This document shows, piece by piece, positions 12,081-24,700 of a stretch of DNA of 64,000 nucleotides. A program made the translations under genes and the position numbers. Each line of letters begins with the position of its first letter. Position 1 is the stretch's first letter. This DNA comes from Anthoceros angustus (taxonomy: Eukaryota > Plantae > Anthocerotophyta), in contig MU008163.1 of the NCBI GenBank assembly GCA_010909165.1, positions 496,001 through 560,000 of the forward strand, in the 5' to 3' direction. Below the pieces are notes generated by a model. The model searched no databases and was not told where the DNA came from. It was given only the letters and a program-made list of their open reading frames with translations.

Positions 12081-13759
12081 ATGGCCTGCAATTGTGTTGT
12101 GTCGTTGTAGGTCTGGAGTTGGTAAATTTTCGGAGCAATGCAAAACACGATAATTTTGCAAGGGGGGGAATATACAAACCCTCTTCTTTTGGGGTCGGAC
12201 CCTCTTGACCAAACACTGCCCAGTCCAAAAATAGCCTTTTTACGTCAGGTTAAAAATATCACCCCCATTCCTGGGGTACATACACTTACACACCAAATGT
12301 TTACCAATTGCCTCCACTACAATGACCCATCGGGCGCCCGGCGGCGCCCCTGTCTATCACAACACTCAAGCCTTGTGCTATTTTGTGGGGAACTACTGGT
12401 GGACTATCTATACCACAAAAAAAATGGATCTTTCACCGTCAATCCAATGTTTTGAGTCTATCTACTTTAGAATGGAGGAATATGACGGGGGCTACGTTGT
12501 GACTCATCCGGTGCCTGAGCGGATACTGAATCCAACACCATTGCTAAATTACGCATTCGTTCCACCAACACCATAATTATGGAAGATCCCCTTCGTGAAA
12601 TTGACACAGTCCTTAAAAGAGGATTTAAACCCTAGGTCTTCAAAATGACATTAGCCTCTTTATTCCATCCACAATCAGAAAGTCTGCATTCTTTCCATTG
12701 ACATGATAGAGAGCCTATCTAGGGCGCCGACCGGCCAGCGCCCTCCGTGATGTGTTCATGGACACCATTCAATAAATTCATATCAAAACTAAACATGGTT
12801 ATACTTTGGAAAGAAACAAAACCGAAAGTTGTGTGTGAACGCCGACATGGCGGCGTCCACAACGACTGGGACAAAAACGGTAAACTTTAAAACGAGCACA
12901 TGCAAGCGGCTACGCCGGGAATGGTCCCTCATGGGGACCAATCTGTAACTCATACGGGCCTTGAGCCAACACTGAATGTATGACCACTTCTAAGTTCCAC
13001 ATGCGCTCCACTTCTGGGTCATCAAAACCATTGTTCTTGCCCATGGACTTGGCGTTTTCGTTCTCCCCAACTCCTGCCTCATCAAGCACTTGCGTAAGCG
13101 TGTGGCAGCTGTGGTCGTAGCCTATGCCGTTTTGGTTTACGAGGACGTTCACGTCTGCCTGGGTTTTGGCTTTCACGGGTTTGAATCATTGCCTTTATCA
13201 AACAAGTAACACATTCCCTCAACCATTTGAATGTATGTTTCAAATTGAATGAGCAAAATATGACATCTTTCACATGTCAAATCACAATGTACAGCCTTGG
13301 TCGATCGCAAAGATGGTGTCCAGGATCACATGCCGTGAGCTATGACCTCTGCAATACAATGTCGCGGCCTTCAATGAGCTCCATAAAACGGAAGAAACTT
13401 GAGTGAGCCGTAGCTCTCTTCACCATTTTGATTCTTTTATAATTTGAGACCATTAATATAATATTACAAGTAATTTTAAACTCGCAATCAACGATTGAAA
13501 GATATTTGCTATGATTTTGGGTTTAAAACTACAAATTCTTAACTATGCTGGCCAAAATAAGGACTCGTGAATGCGTCCTTAAGGACAGAATCCTTTAATT
13601 TAAAGGATGCCCTTAAAAATCAAGGAAGTTGGTGTCCATGTGGAGTAGAGGAATTGACCTCACGATCTACTACCTACTAAACTTTCTATCCAACCACTTG
13701 AGTAACCACCCCAAGCCACAAATCAATTGAACCGCTAATTATTTATTTTATCAAAGGCA

Positions 13760-14010
13760 GCCCATGGGGAGGGCGTGCATGGGGAGGGCGTGCATGGGGA
13801 GGCGCCGGCCGGCGCCCATGGGGCGTGCATGGGAGGCGCCGGCCGGCGCCCATGGGAGGGCGCATGGGGAGGCGCCGGCCGGCGCCCATGGGAGGGCGCA
13901 TGGGGAGGCGCGCATGGGAGGCGCCGGCCGGCGCCCATGGGAGGGCGTGCATGGGAGGCGCCGGCGGCCGGCGCCCATGGGAGGGCGTGCATGGGAGGCG
14001 CCGGCCAGAT
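13760..14010. repeat. GC-rich minisatellite of ~35-bp units, each with the palindrome ggcgccggccggcgcc
   Basis: catgggaggcgccggccggcgcccatgggagggcg(t/c)g repeated about 5-6 times. Confidence 0.9.
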
Positions 14011-14615
14011 CCTCTTTATGGATGCTTATTTTGAAATTCTTCTCTCATGCCACGATTGCACCCATTTTCGAAAAACCTATGAACTTACTTTCATTAATTC
14101 AGATCAGACAATGTGCAACTTCGCTCAAGAATATATGGGCATGTTCAGGTACCCGCCAAAATGTGGAACATAACATTACTTTGAGGTTTGGGCCGTGGTT
14201 TTGAGGGGAACTAATCCCACTTACTCTATATATTTTAAAGCAACAGCTCCTGATTTGGTTAACTTGTATGGTATTGAAATAGTGTGCATGAAGTACAAGG
14301 CCTTTGTGTTCCCCACAGAGGGCGGTCATTTGCTTTGAAGGACTTCACGCCACCTCGGATCGATGTAGTGGAATGCAAATGGAAACATGACCTTGTGACA
14401 AGGGCTTGCGGCATTCGGTTGCTGGTGACAACCATGTGGGCGGCTGTAAAAAAATCAGAATGAAGGTGCTTGCTGAAGAGGGTTCCATTTGCATATCAAT
14501 CTGGAATCCGATGTCGTCATATACTCTATCACATACGCGAAGGACATTGTCTGTGCGTGGGAAGTGAGAACGACGACTAGGAACTTTGACCTAAACCCCA
14601 AACTCTCCGGAGGTA

Positions 14616-14653
14616 TGCAGGGAAAGGGCGCCGGCCGGCGCCCTTTCCCTGCA
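14616..14653. repeat. Perfect 38-bp palindrome
   Basis: tgcagggaaagggcgccggccggcgccctttccctgca equals its own reverse complement. Confidence 0.95.
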
Positions 14654-15829
14654 CACTCAGGTATATGCCCAAAGTGTAGTATACAAACGACTACTCTGGG
14701 TCTTCTTTTGGTGTTTTTACATAGTGCCTTAGTTGAAAGGCAATATTTATGTGCGTAACACCGCCAAGAATGGTCAACCACGTGGGTTCAATTATGCCGG
14801 AAATCGATGTGTTGTGGAAAGCCTAAACCCTTCACATGCCTCAGCTGCTCATGAAAACAATGCAACCAATGGTGTGACACCATGATTTTGTGATAAATTT
14901 TTAGAGCATGCCATGACAGGCTAGTTTTAGACCCATCAGAAACCCTCTTCGAAGGATAAAAGCCAGTAAACCCCCATCGGGTATATTCCCCCCCTTGCAA
15001 AATTATCGTGTTGCAAGTGGTGCAGCTGCCGTAGAGGGAAAGTTAGAGGGCTCCTTGCCTGTTTGGGGGGGGCTGATGTTGTGCGTAGGTGTAGGCAGTG
15101 ACCGACTTCCCAAAGATTCGGCTGTCCACACAAGTCTCATGGGACGAAACCCAATGTGCTAAGTGACAGTGGGATAAGTGTGGCCTGGCTACTAGAGGGT
15201 GAATCTCGGAAGCCCTGGGATTTTCCTCCCACAGCTAGCCCCCCTGGCTCTTGGCCCTTTAGTGGGTTGTCCCCCCTCGGTTCGGGGTACATAGGTTTTC
15301 CCATCTCTTCCTTTTAATAAAGTCTCTATTGGTAAAATTACTCTCTTTCCTCTTTTAAGGCACTATCTTTGTCAACTTATAAAATATAATATTAGATTTT
15401 ATGTTTTAATGCATTTGTAAGTATGACTTTTAAACCCTAATATTTTATATTGAAATTAAATATATTTTACATATATAATTATTTAATATTTAAAATAATA
15501 AAAATAATAAAATATTGAAACAACAGAACTCTAAACTAGTTCTTTGAGAACTCTAAACTAGTTCTTTGAAATATAATGAACACCATCTTCAGCAAGTTCT
15601 CTGCATCCTCAAGTAAGGCACTAGAATACTGGTGATATTTGCAATTATAATTAAGCTATAACAATTCTACTCAACGCATTAGGCGAGACTCAATCCCTCA
15701 GCTAAGAAAAAAACTTCATGTCACATAGGTAGCAACTTAATAGTTACATGTGCTCAATCGGGCGTTGGATGCACATGCCGCTTGAACTTAGCGGGGGTCG
15801 ACGAGAGTTCTTAGCGCGGGAGACAAGCT

Positions 15830-18800
15830 TTTGAAGGGACGAGAACCTTGTATTCAGTCGCGAGAACAAGTGGGGTCGGTGAGGGTTCTTTCGCGCGAGA
15901 CTAGGTACATATCGTTGAGAAACGTGTCCGACTCAAAATCGTCCGTGCCCTACCTGGCGGCTCCCCAAGTGTCCTCCATATTCCGCCTTCCACCAGCCAG
16001 CCATCGGCCAGCCTGTGTTAATCTGCAGCCTCGCTGTCCTCGCTGGCTTGCCAGCGGAATGCGCTACCTCCTTGAGCTCGCGCTGCGACTGAAGCCATGC
16101 CTTGCCTTGCTGCGTAGAAACATTCCCTCTGTGGACCTCGCTGTTGGTTCCTCGGTCTGCCTTGGATGTTGGACTTGTAAGCGAGCTGGAGCGCCCGGAA
16201 CCTTGCAAGCGCTTGCCGCAGCGGTTCTGTAAATTTGTATCCAGCACGGACATGCGGAGGTTCTCCCCGCCTGCTTGAGGCGGCTACTCTCGCTGTTCCC
16301 GCTTATATTCATGACGGCGCCTCCACCGCAGGCTTGTAGGCCTGTCTGCAGACTTCACGTCCAGATGCTTCCTTCCTCCGAGGTGAGTTCCGTTGAGTTC
16401 CGTTCCATGCTCTGCTCTGCCTGTTTCTGCCTTGCTCTCGTCTTGTGTGCTCCGCAGAGAGTGATGTGTTGTGCCTTTGTAGCCTAGTGCTGCAATGCGC
16501 ATACTCGCCGGCGGCGGTTATGTTTTCTCATGCCTGCTAGGCTGTTGTTTGCACTCTTTGATTTGTTGCTTTGCTGTGGCGGCTCGAGGCCGAGAATCGG
16601 GTTGCCCCACATCGTTCACGGATATAGTTTGAAACAATGATCGTTCGCGAGTCAGGCTGTGGACTGGTGTTGAGTTTGTGGGCGTCCTGAACTTTTACAC
16701 ACAGGTGTCGAAGAATATGTAGCTTTCTTCCTTGCTCACAAACTTGAATATGATGTTATCTTGCTGATGTTTTGATTTGATCACATGGAGAAGAAAACAT
16801 AGAGCGTTGTTTGCAGGGTTCGCGCAACACTTGCTCGCAAGCTTGATAGCTTGTTGTGCCGTGGTGCGCCCGAAAATCGTTAAGCTAAAACATATTTCTC
16901 GTCCGTGTTTTTGTGCAGAAGGCAGATTGTGCGGGCTGTGCGGAGGAGCAAGATAAAAGCTTCCATGGCCCCACAAAGATCACAGCCCGTGGATTGGGCG
17001 GAAGATGTCTTGCACAAATATTCGATGGTCAGCCTGCCACCAGCCGGCTATGGACATGGCTGGAGCGGCGGACAGACTTGCGACAGCAGCAGCCGAAAAG
17101 TCGCTGTTGCAACAAAGTAGAGGGATGGAGGTGCTCTAGGCTGTGGGGAGAACACGCAGGGAGAAGAAGATGCAGCTCAACTTCGTCATCGTGGTCCAGC
17201 AGGATCAGGAGCAGTAGTTCGCACCGTGGTGGCAACCAGCCTGGACAGTCGGGACATAGTCGTAAAGGCGATGATCGGCTTGAGGGCGAGGATGAGCACC
17301 GAGCACGGTGGTCACTGGGGATGTGCAGAATTTTCACTACCTCAGGTGCAAAGAAGCCGAAGAACGGTCCCACGAGAGAAGCCGAAGAACAGCTCCCAGG
17401 AATTGCCTTCCCTTTCTTTAGACTGTTATCAAGAACGTCGGGTAGGAAATCTTCTTCCACCTTTCCGGTTCCTAGCTTTAACAATTTTCCATGTTAAAAG
17501 AATGTCTTTAACAGTTTTCCGTCTTAAGAATGGCTTTAACAAATTTCCATCTCTTTCAAGTGCTCTTTTCCTCTTCATTTTGCTGTCTGCACTATAGCTT
17601 TTCCAGGCCAGGCTAGGTTGAGCCTTGGCTTCACGTTCATAAGGCAAACGGTGCTTCTTTGTGGTTGCAGTGACGCAGAGGTTCCATTTCCGAAGTGCGA
17701 CTTGCAAGCTGCATATCGTCTTTCACAATCACCGCTGAAGCTGCTGGAGGTCTTCACTTCATTTAATTGTGTGCGGTAACCCGACAAGCCTTGCAACGGC
17801 AGCAAAGTCGAGGGATGAGTGCCCCATACTTCAGAAGACATAAGAAATGCGTGTGCATCCAGCTGTGCGCACAGGCACATCGTGGAGTAAGCGAAATTCG
17901 ACTAAAGCGCTGTAAGTAATTGTCAGGATCACAGCGCCGTAAGTGTGGAACTGCTGACGGGACCTCAACGCTCTAAGTGTGGAGCTGCTGACGGAATGGA
18001 ACTGCTCTTGGAACCACAGCGCTGTATTTGTGGAACTGCTGACGGTGATGGTGTACTTCCACAAGGCCAGCTCCTTAGCCATTCTTATGTCTAATGATTA
18101 CAAAGACGCAGAGTACATCGACCGTGCCCTGACAGCCAGGAAGATGCAGTTCAACTCCGTCATCGCGTTGGAACATGTCCGAAAAGCTGGATTCGACATG
18201 GTGGTCGCAACCAGCAGTCGGACATATATGGCTGTGCAGCCCAGTCATCGGCTTGAGGGCGAATCTGAGTACCAAGGGGAGACCTTCGGGGATGCTGGCA
18301 AGTTCAGTCTAACAATGCCGGAGATTGTGCGGGAAATGGAGGTTGTGAGGGAGGTCGGCAATTGTGGGCATGCTGAATTCCGGTGCTTGCAGCTGCTCCA
18401 TTTTGACATGGGATCGCAGATCCCAAGGTTCTGCGTTGTGAGGGAGGGGGATGGTGAAGCAGCTCACCTTTCCATTTTCGCGAGGCAGCTTTGATAGGAG
18501 CTCCCATGAGTTGAGCATCATCGACGTGGTAGGGGGCTCGGGGTGGACTAGGACGGTTCTCATAACGAGATCGGTTCTCATCACGAGCTTTTGATGGTGG
18601 GAAAGTGAGGGCCGGCTTCCGGGCATCTACATCTCTAGTAGGTGGTGGAGTGCTCTACGTACTGAAGGTCGCCTAAGCGCAAGGGGTCCGCCAGGCCTGC
18701 CAAGATCCAGGAGCTGCGGCGCCCAGCTCCGAGGATGCGACGGCAGCTACAACTCAGGCTGGCAACTCGAGCTTTATAGGAGCAGCAGGTGCGCCAATGC

Positions 18801-19020
18801 CTCGTCGCCGTCGCGGTGGTCCAAAGGGGTGGAGGAAGGAACCTACACCGTTGGATTCCGCAGCTAATCCTGGAGTTGCAGAGCAAGAACAGCTGCAGGT
18901 GGATCTGAAGGGGAGGCCAGAGCAGCTCTCGAGCAGAAGAATTCCAAACAAGTATATGTCAAGCGTCGACGTGGTCGCCCCAAACCATTTAAGGACTTGT
19001 AAGCCCAAAGAAACAGGGGA
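15830..19020 (+). pseudogene. Copy 2 of family A, with an internally repeated coding-like module
   Basis: GTGAGTT...CTCCGCAG intron at ~16382-16456. Frame 'MAPQRSQPVDWAEDVLHK'. The module 'RKMQ(F/L)N.VI...VVATS...IGLRA' occurs at ~17170-17310 and ~18140-18260. Confidence 0.45.
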
Positions 19021-20145
19021 CAGGCCTAGATCTCAACTTTAGCTCCTCAACCTACCTCTGCAACGACCATGTAAGCACCCGGATACAGCGCACAGATGTG
19101 AAAACGGAGTATGCTCCACTTTTACATCGGTTCGCACCCAAGGTGAGCATTGTGAGGTGCGGAGGGAGTTTTGAGGCGGCGCATTGTATGTGAGCTGGCT
19201 AGGTCAGGCCTCTTATTCTAGCAAGCAGAAGCCAGCGAACTTTGCAGACTTCGACTGTTCACTTGGACGGGTCTGCTTTGCTGTAGATCTAGTTAACTGC
19301 CGGAAGGCTCCTGGCTGATCAATCCAACCACGTATTTAGTCTAGTGGTTGGATTGATCAGCAATCAGCCGTCTTCAGCTTCCTGATAACCTGCATATACT
19401 GTAGGAATTTGAGCTTGCTTGGTAGAAGCTTTAGTTGCAAACCTTGCCTTGAACTTGCGTGCATACATCCGCAGCACCCAATTATGTTCATCAATCAGGA
19501 GTGACAAGTGTGGGGTAAGGAAACAATGGACTTCAAACTATCAAAGCTGCCTCGCGAAAACCTTGGGGTTCGGTACTAGGGCTCCACTCTGGACAGGCCT
19601 AGATCTCAACTTTAGCTCCTCGACCTACCTCTGCAACGACCATGTAAGCACCCGGATACGGCTCTACAGATGTGAAAACGGAGTATGCTCCACTTTTACA
19701 TCGGTTCGCACCGCCCCAAGGTGAGCATTGTGAGGTGCGGAGGGAGTTTTGAGGCGGCGCATTGTATGTGAGCTGGCTAGGTCAGACTCTTATTCTAGCA
19801 AGCAGAAGCCAGCGAACTTTTGCAGACTTGGACTGTTCACTTGGACAGGTCTGCTTTGCTGTAGATCTAGTTAACTGCCGGAAGGCTCCTGGCTGATCAA
19901 TCCAACCACGTATTTAGTTTAGTGGTTGGATTGATCAGCAATCAGCCGTCTTCAGCTTCCTGATAACCTGCATATACTGTAGGAATTTGAGCTTGCTTGG
20001 TAGAAGCTTTAGTTGCAAACCTTGCCTTGACCTTGCGTGCATACATCCGCAGAACCCAATTATGTTCATCAATCAGGAGTGACAAGTGTGGGGTAAGGGA
20101 AACAATGGCCGTCAGACGATCAAAGCTGCCTTGCGAAAACCTTGG
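19018..20145 (+). repeat. ~575-bp tandem repeat x2 (again at ~22672-23810), each unit with a perfect 48-bp hairpin
   Basis: Units start ggacaggcctagatctc at 19018 and 19591. Hairpins at 19314-19361, 19892-19939, 22976-23023 and 23556-23603. Confidence 0.9.
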
Positions 20146-20164
20146 GGTTCTTCTTCTTCTTCTT

Positions 20165-21700
20165 CTTGGGGTTCGGTATGAACCCCAAGGTGAGTGGAGG
20201 TTGCCATGGGATTTGTCACGGGTGACACTCAAAGTATGGGAATTAGGGATGCTTACAAGAAAAAGTTGTTAGGGCAGGCATTTGACATGTTTTGCATGAG
20301 ATGGCTTGTGAGTATAGGACTGGCAGTGTAGCTGGCCCTTTGCAAAGGGCGCAAACGCAGCTGGTTACATATTGCTGACATAGATGAGGATATTCACCAG
20401 TTCTAGACAAGAAAAACTTGCAGACCTACAGTGGCGAGATGGCTATGGAGGTAAAAAGCAAGACGGTGACCAAGATTGTCCATGTATGGAAGATATCCGG
20501 CGATATCAGCGAGGAAGATCAAGTCAAGATCAGGGAAATGCTGAATCAAAACCGGGGGCTCTTGCATTCAACTGGAATGCAAGAGCCCCCGGTTCAAGTT
20601 CAAGATCGCGACCACCACCCAGGAGCCCATCTTCCGAAGACGTCACAGGTTGAGTCCTCTTGAGTGGGATGTGGTAGAGAAGCGGTATAAGGAATTGCAT
20701 GATGCAGGACTGATCAGGAAGTCGGACTCGCAATATGCAGCTACCAGAGTCGTACCTTTAAAGAAGGATGAGAATGGTGAGTGGAAAGTTCACAGGATGT
20801 GTGGGGACTATCGGCCCTTGAATGAGGTGACACCGATGAAAAGGTACTCGATGCCGACGCCAAATGAAATTTTCGATCAGGAAGTCGGACTCGCATTATG
20901 CAGCTACCACAGTCGTACCTTTAAAGAAGGATGAGAATGGTGAGTGGAAAGTTCACAGGATGTGTGGGGACTATCGGCCCTTGAATGAGGTGACACCGAT
21001 GGAAAGGTACTCGATGCCGACGCCAAATGAAATTTTCGACTTCATTGTCAAGGTTAAATATTTTACCACACTCGACTTTCGCTCAGGATTCAATCAAATT
21101 ATCATAGAAGATGCAAACAAGTGCAAGACGGCATTTTGGGGGATCAAATTATCATAGAAGATGCAAACAAGTGCAAGACGGCATTTTGGGGCAGGATCAA
21201 ATTATCATAGAAGATGCAAACAAGTGCAAGACGGCATTTTGGGGCAGGATCAAATTATCATAGAAGATGCAAACAAGTGCAAGACGGCATTTTGGGGCAG
21301 AAGATTGGTAGTGTGAGAGTTGTTTGACATTGCCCAGTTAGATGTGTTTAGGCTTGGGGGCTACCATGTGAAGAGTGCCAGGCAGTTGCTCCCGAGCCTG
21401 GACAAGGCGTAGTCATAGGGGAGAGACAAAGGGGCGTCATTTGGTGAACATGCACATATCAAGATGCATGTCAAGTTGGCAACTCGCTCCACGCCCTACC
21501 ACATTGATGAGGTGATTGTCCAGGATGGTGATCTGGACTCAGACAGCACCATCTCGTCGGGTGAATCGATGGAGATCAAGCCCGAACCAATGTCTGACGA
21601 CGAGGAAGATGATCTGCATCCTCCTCCCTCACCAATCTCTGAGACCAGCATCTCCAACCAATTTGCTTCTCGGTGGTTTGGTTTTTAATCGCTCTAGGTG
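20165..21700 (+). mobile_element. Ty3/Gypsy pol remnant (protease end, RT N-terminus, pol C-terminus) with internal tandem duplications; repeated at ~23830-25290
   Basis: 'LSPLEWDVVEKRYKEL.DAGLIRKSDSQYAA..VVPLKKDENGEWKVHRMCGDYRPLNEVT', 'YFTTLDFRSGFNQI'. Contains a ~167-bp duplication and ~56-bp x4 repeats at 21090-21300. Purine tract then TGTTCAC at 21750 may be an LTR start. Confidence 0.9.
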
Positions 21701-24700
21701 CAAACTCTAGTTCCTTTGCTAATGTTTGCTCACCAGATTTTGCAGGGGCTGTTCACGGGATTAGGATTTTATTAGTTCTAGTTCTTCTATTTGTTTTGTG
21801 GCTTAGTTAGCCGCAGTTTTATTTTACAGGCTTATAAGTATATGTTTAAGTGATAAGCCTATTTTGGAGGCTTATCCAAACCCAAGCTTAGTACTTCAAA
21901 GATCGAGACCCGCCAGAATCCTAATATGGCCATGGACAACTATGCTCTTCATGCATTACTCCAGCAGACAGAGATGGTCCCTAGATAGAAGGCCAATGGT
22001 CTATTAGGTTAGGTGAATAACCTCAATATTATAGTATATAAATTAATAATTTATAGATAGTTTTGTAATATATATATATTCCCTTGAAATAATATAAGAA
22101 TATCTCAATCAAGGTGATGATGATTTATTGAGGTGAAAAGAACGATGGAAAAACCATCTAGGAGGGACAACAAATGGGGACCCGGGGTCAGAGTGAAGAG
22201 GAGCAACTGAGCTCCCTACCTAAAGTGACCAACTGCACCCACAATGTCATATGCAGGTAGAATAAACGGCCTGCAGACCACGGAGGAAGAGGAAAAGGCA
22301 TATCCCAATCAAGGTATATCTTCATACTCTAACAAATGGCCGACACCCGGCGGGCGGAAAATTGTTTTACTTTTGCGCGGACACTACTTCTGCTTTTGCG
22401 CGGAGAGCACTTGTAGCCTTGTATGCCATAGGGGAGACAGAAGTGCGCCAATGCCTCGTCGCCGTCGCGGTGGTCCAAAGGGGTGGAGGAAGGAACCTAC
22501 ACCGTTGGATTCCGCAGCTAATCCTGGAGTTGCAGAGCAAGAACAGCTGCAGGTGGATCTGAAGGGAGGCCAGAGCAGCTCTCGAGCAGAAGAATTCCAA
22601 ACAAGTATATGTCAAGCGTCGACGTGGTCGCCCCAAACCATTTAAGGACTTGTAAGCCCAAAGAAACAGGGGACAGGCCTAGATCTCAACTTTAGCTCCT
22701 CAACCTACCTCTGCAACGACCATGTAAGCACCCGGATACAGCGCACAGATGTGAAAACGGAGTATGCTCCACTTTTACATCGGTTCGCACCGCCCCAAGG
22801 GTGAGCATTGTGAGGTGCGGAGGGAGTTTTTGAGGCGGCGCGCATTGTATGTGAGCTGGCTAGGTCAGGCCTCTTATTCTAGCAAGCAGAAGCCAGCGAA
22901 CTTTTGCAGACTTCGACTGTTCACTTGGACGGGTCTGCTTTGCTGTAGATCTAGTTAACTGCCGGAAGGCTCCTGGCTGATCAATCCAACCACGTATTTA
23001 GTCTAGTGGTTGGATTGATCAGCAATCAGCCGTCTTCAGCTTCCTGATAACCTGCATATACTGTAGGAATTTGAGCTTGCTTGGTAGAAGCTTTAGTTGC
23101 AAACCTTGCCTTGAACTTGCGTGCATACATCCGCAGCACCCAATTATGTTCATCAATCAGGAGTGACAAGTGTGGGGTAAGGAAACAATGGACTTCAAAC
23201 TATCAAAGCTGCCTCATGAAAACCTTGGGGTTCGGTACTAGGGCTCCACTCTGGACAGGCCTAGATCTCAACTTTAGCTCCTCGACCTACCTCTGCAACG
23301 ACCATGTAAGCACCCGGATACGGCTCTACAGATGTGAAAACGGAGTATGCTCCACTTTTACATCGGTTCGCACCGCCCCAAGGGTGAGCATTGTGAGGTG
23401 CGGAGGGAGTTTTGAGGCGGCGCGCATTGTATGTGAGCTGGCTAGGTCAGACTCTTATTCTAGCAAGCAGAAGCCAGCGAACTTTGCAGACTTCGACTGT
23501 TCACTTGGACAGGTCTGCTTTGCTGTAGATCTAGTTAACTGCCGGAAGGCTCCTGGCTGATCAATCCAACCACGTATTTAGTTTAGTGGTTGGATTGATC
23601 AGCAATCAGCCGTCTTCAGCTTCCTGATAACCTGCATATACTGTAGGAATTTGAGCTTGCTTGGTAGAAGCTTTAGTTGCAAACCTTGCCTTGACCTTGC
23701 GTGCATACATCCGCAGAACCCAATTATGTTCATCAATCAGGAGTGACAAGTGTGGGGTAAGGAAACAATGGCCGTCAGACGATCAAAGCTGCCTTGCGAA
23801 AACCTTGGGGTTCTTCTTCTTCTTCTTCTTGGGGTTCGGTATGAACCCCAAGGTGAGTGGAGGTTGCCATGGGATTTGTCACGGTGACACTCAAAGTATG
23901 GGAATTAGGGATGCTTACAAGAAAAAGTTGTTAGGGCAGGCATTTGACATGTTTTGCATGAGATGGCTTGTGAGTATAGGACTGGCAGTGTAGCTGGCCC
24001 TTTGCAAAGGGCGCAAACGCAGCTGGTTACATATTGCTGACATAGATGAGGATATTCACCAGTTCTAGACAAGAAAACTTGCAGACCCACGGTGGCGAGA
24101 TGGCTATGGAGGTAAAAGCAAGACGGTGACCAAGATTGTCCATGTATGGAAGATATCCGGCGATATCAGCGAGGAAGATCAAGTCAAGATCGAATGTGAA
24201 TCAAAGCGGGGCTCTTGCATTCAACCGGAATGCAAGAGCCCCGTCAAGATCAAGTCAAGATCGCGACCACCACCCAGAGCCCATCTTCCAAGACGCGTAC
24301 GTTGAGTCCTCTTGAGTGGGATGTGGTAGAGAAGCGGTATAAGGAATTGCATGATGCGGGTGATCGAAGTCGGACTCGCAATGCGCTACAGTCGTACCTT
24401 TAAAGAAGGATGAGAATGGTGAGTGGAAAGTTCACAGGATGTGTGGGGACTATCGGCCCTTGAATGAGGTGACACCGATGGAAAGGTACTGATGCCGACG
24501 CCAAATGAAATTTTCGATCAGAAGTCGGACTCGCATGCATTCTACATGTACCTTTAAAGAAGGATGAGAATGGTGAGTGGAAAGTTCACAGGATGTGTGG
24601 GGACTATCGGCCCTTGAATGAGGTGACACCGATGGAAAGGTACTCGATGCCGACGCCAAATGAAATTTTCGACTTCATTGTCAAGGTTAAATATTTTACC

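Larger units (their letters stand above)
12144..15012. mobile_element. DNA transposon with perfect 32-bp TIRs and decayed KDZ-like transposase remnants on the minus strand
   Basis: aacacgataattttgcaagggggggaatatac at 12144-12175 and its exact reverse complement at 14981-15012, with GCAA on both flanks. Minus frame 12910-13176 reads 'IGYDHSCH...GFDDPEVERMWNL'. Confidence 0.75.

Noticed and set aside
13735-14204. Several Gly/Ala/Arg/Pro-rich ORFs on both strands
   Set aside because: Artefacts of the stop-free GC-rich palindromic minisatellite.
18754-19008. 'DIYLFGILLLESCSG' resembling kinase subdomain IX
   Set aside because: No other kinase motifs (HRD, DFG, APE) nearby, and it is antisense to the inferred direction of family A.
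21090-21300. Regular ~56-bp repeats (also the 22-bp and 21-bp arrays) as a CRISPR array
   Set aside because: The units are contiguous with no unique spacers, derive from Gypsy RT sequence or are simple minisatellites, and no cas genes are present.
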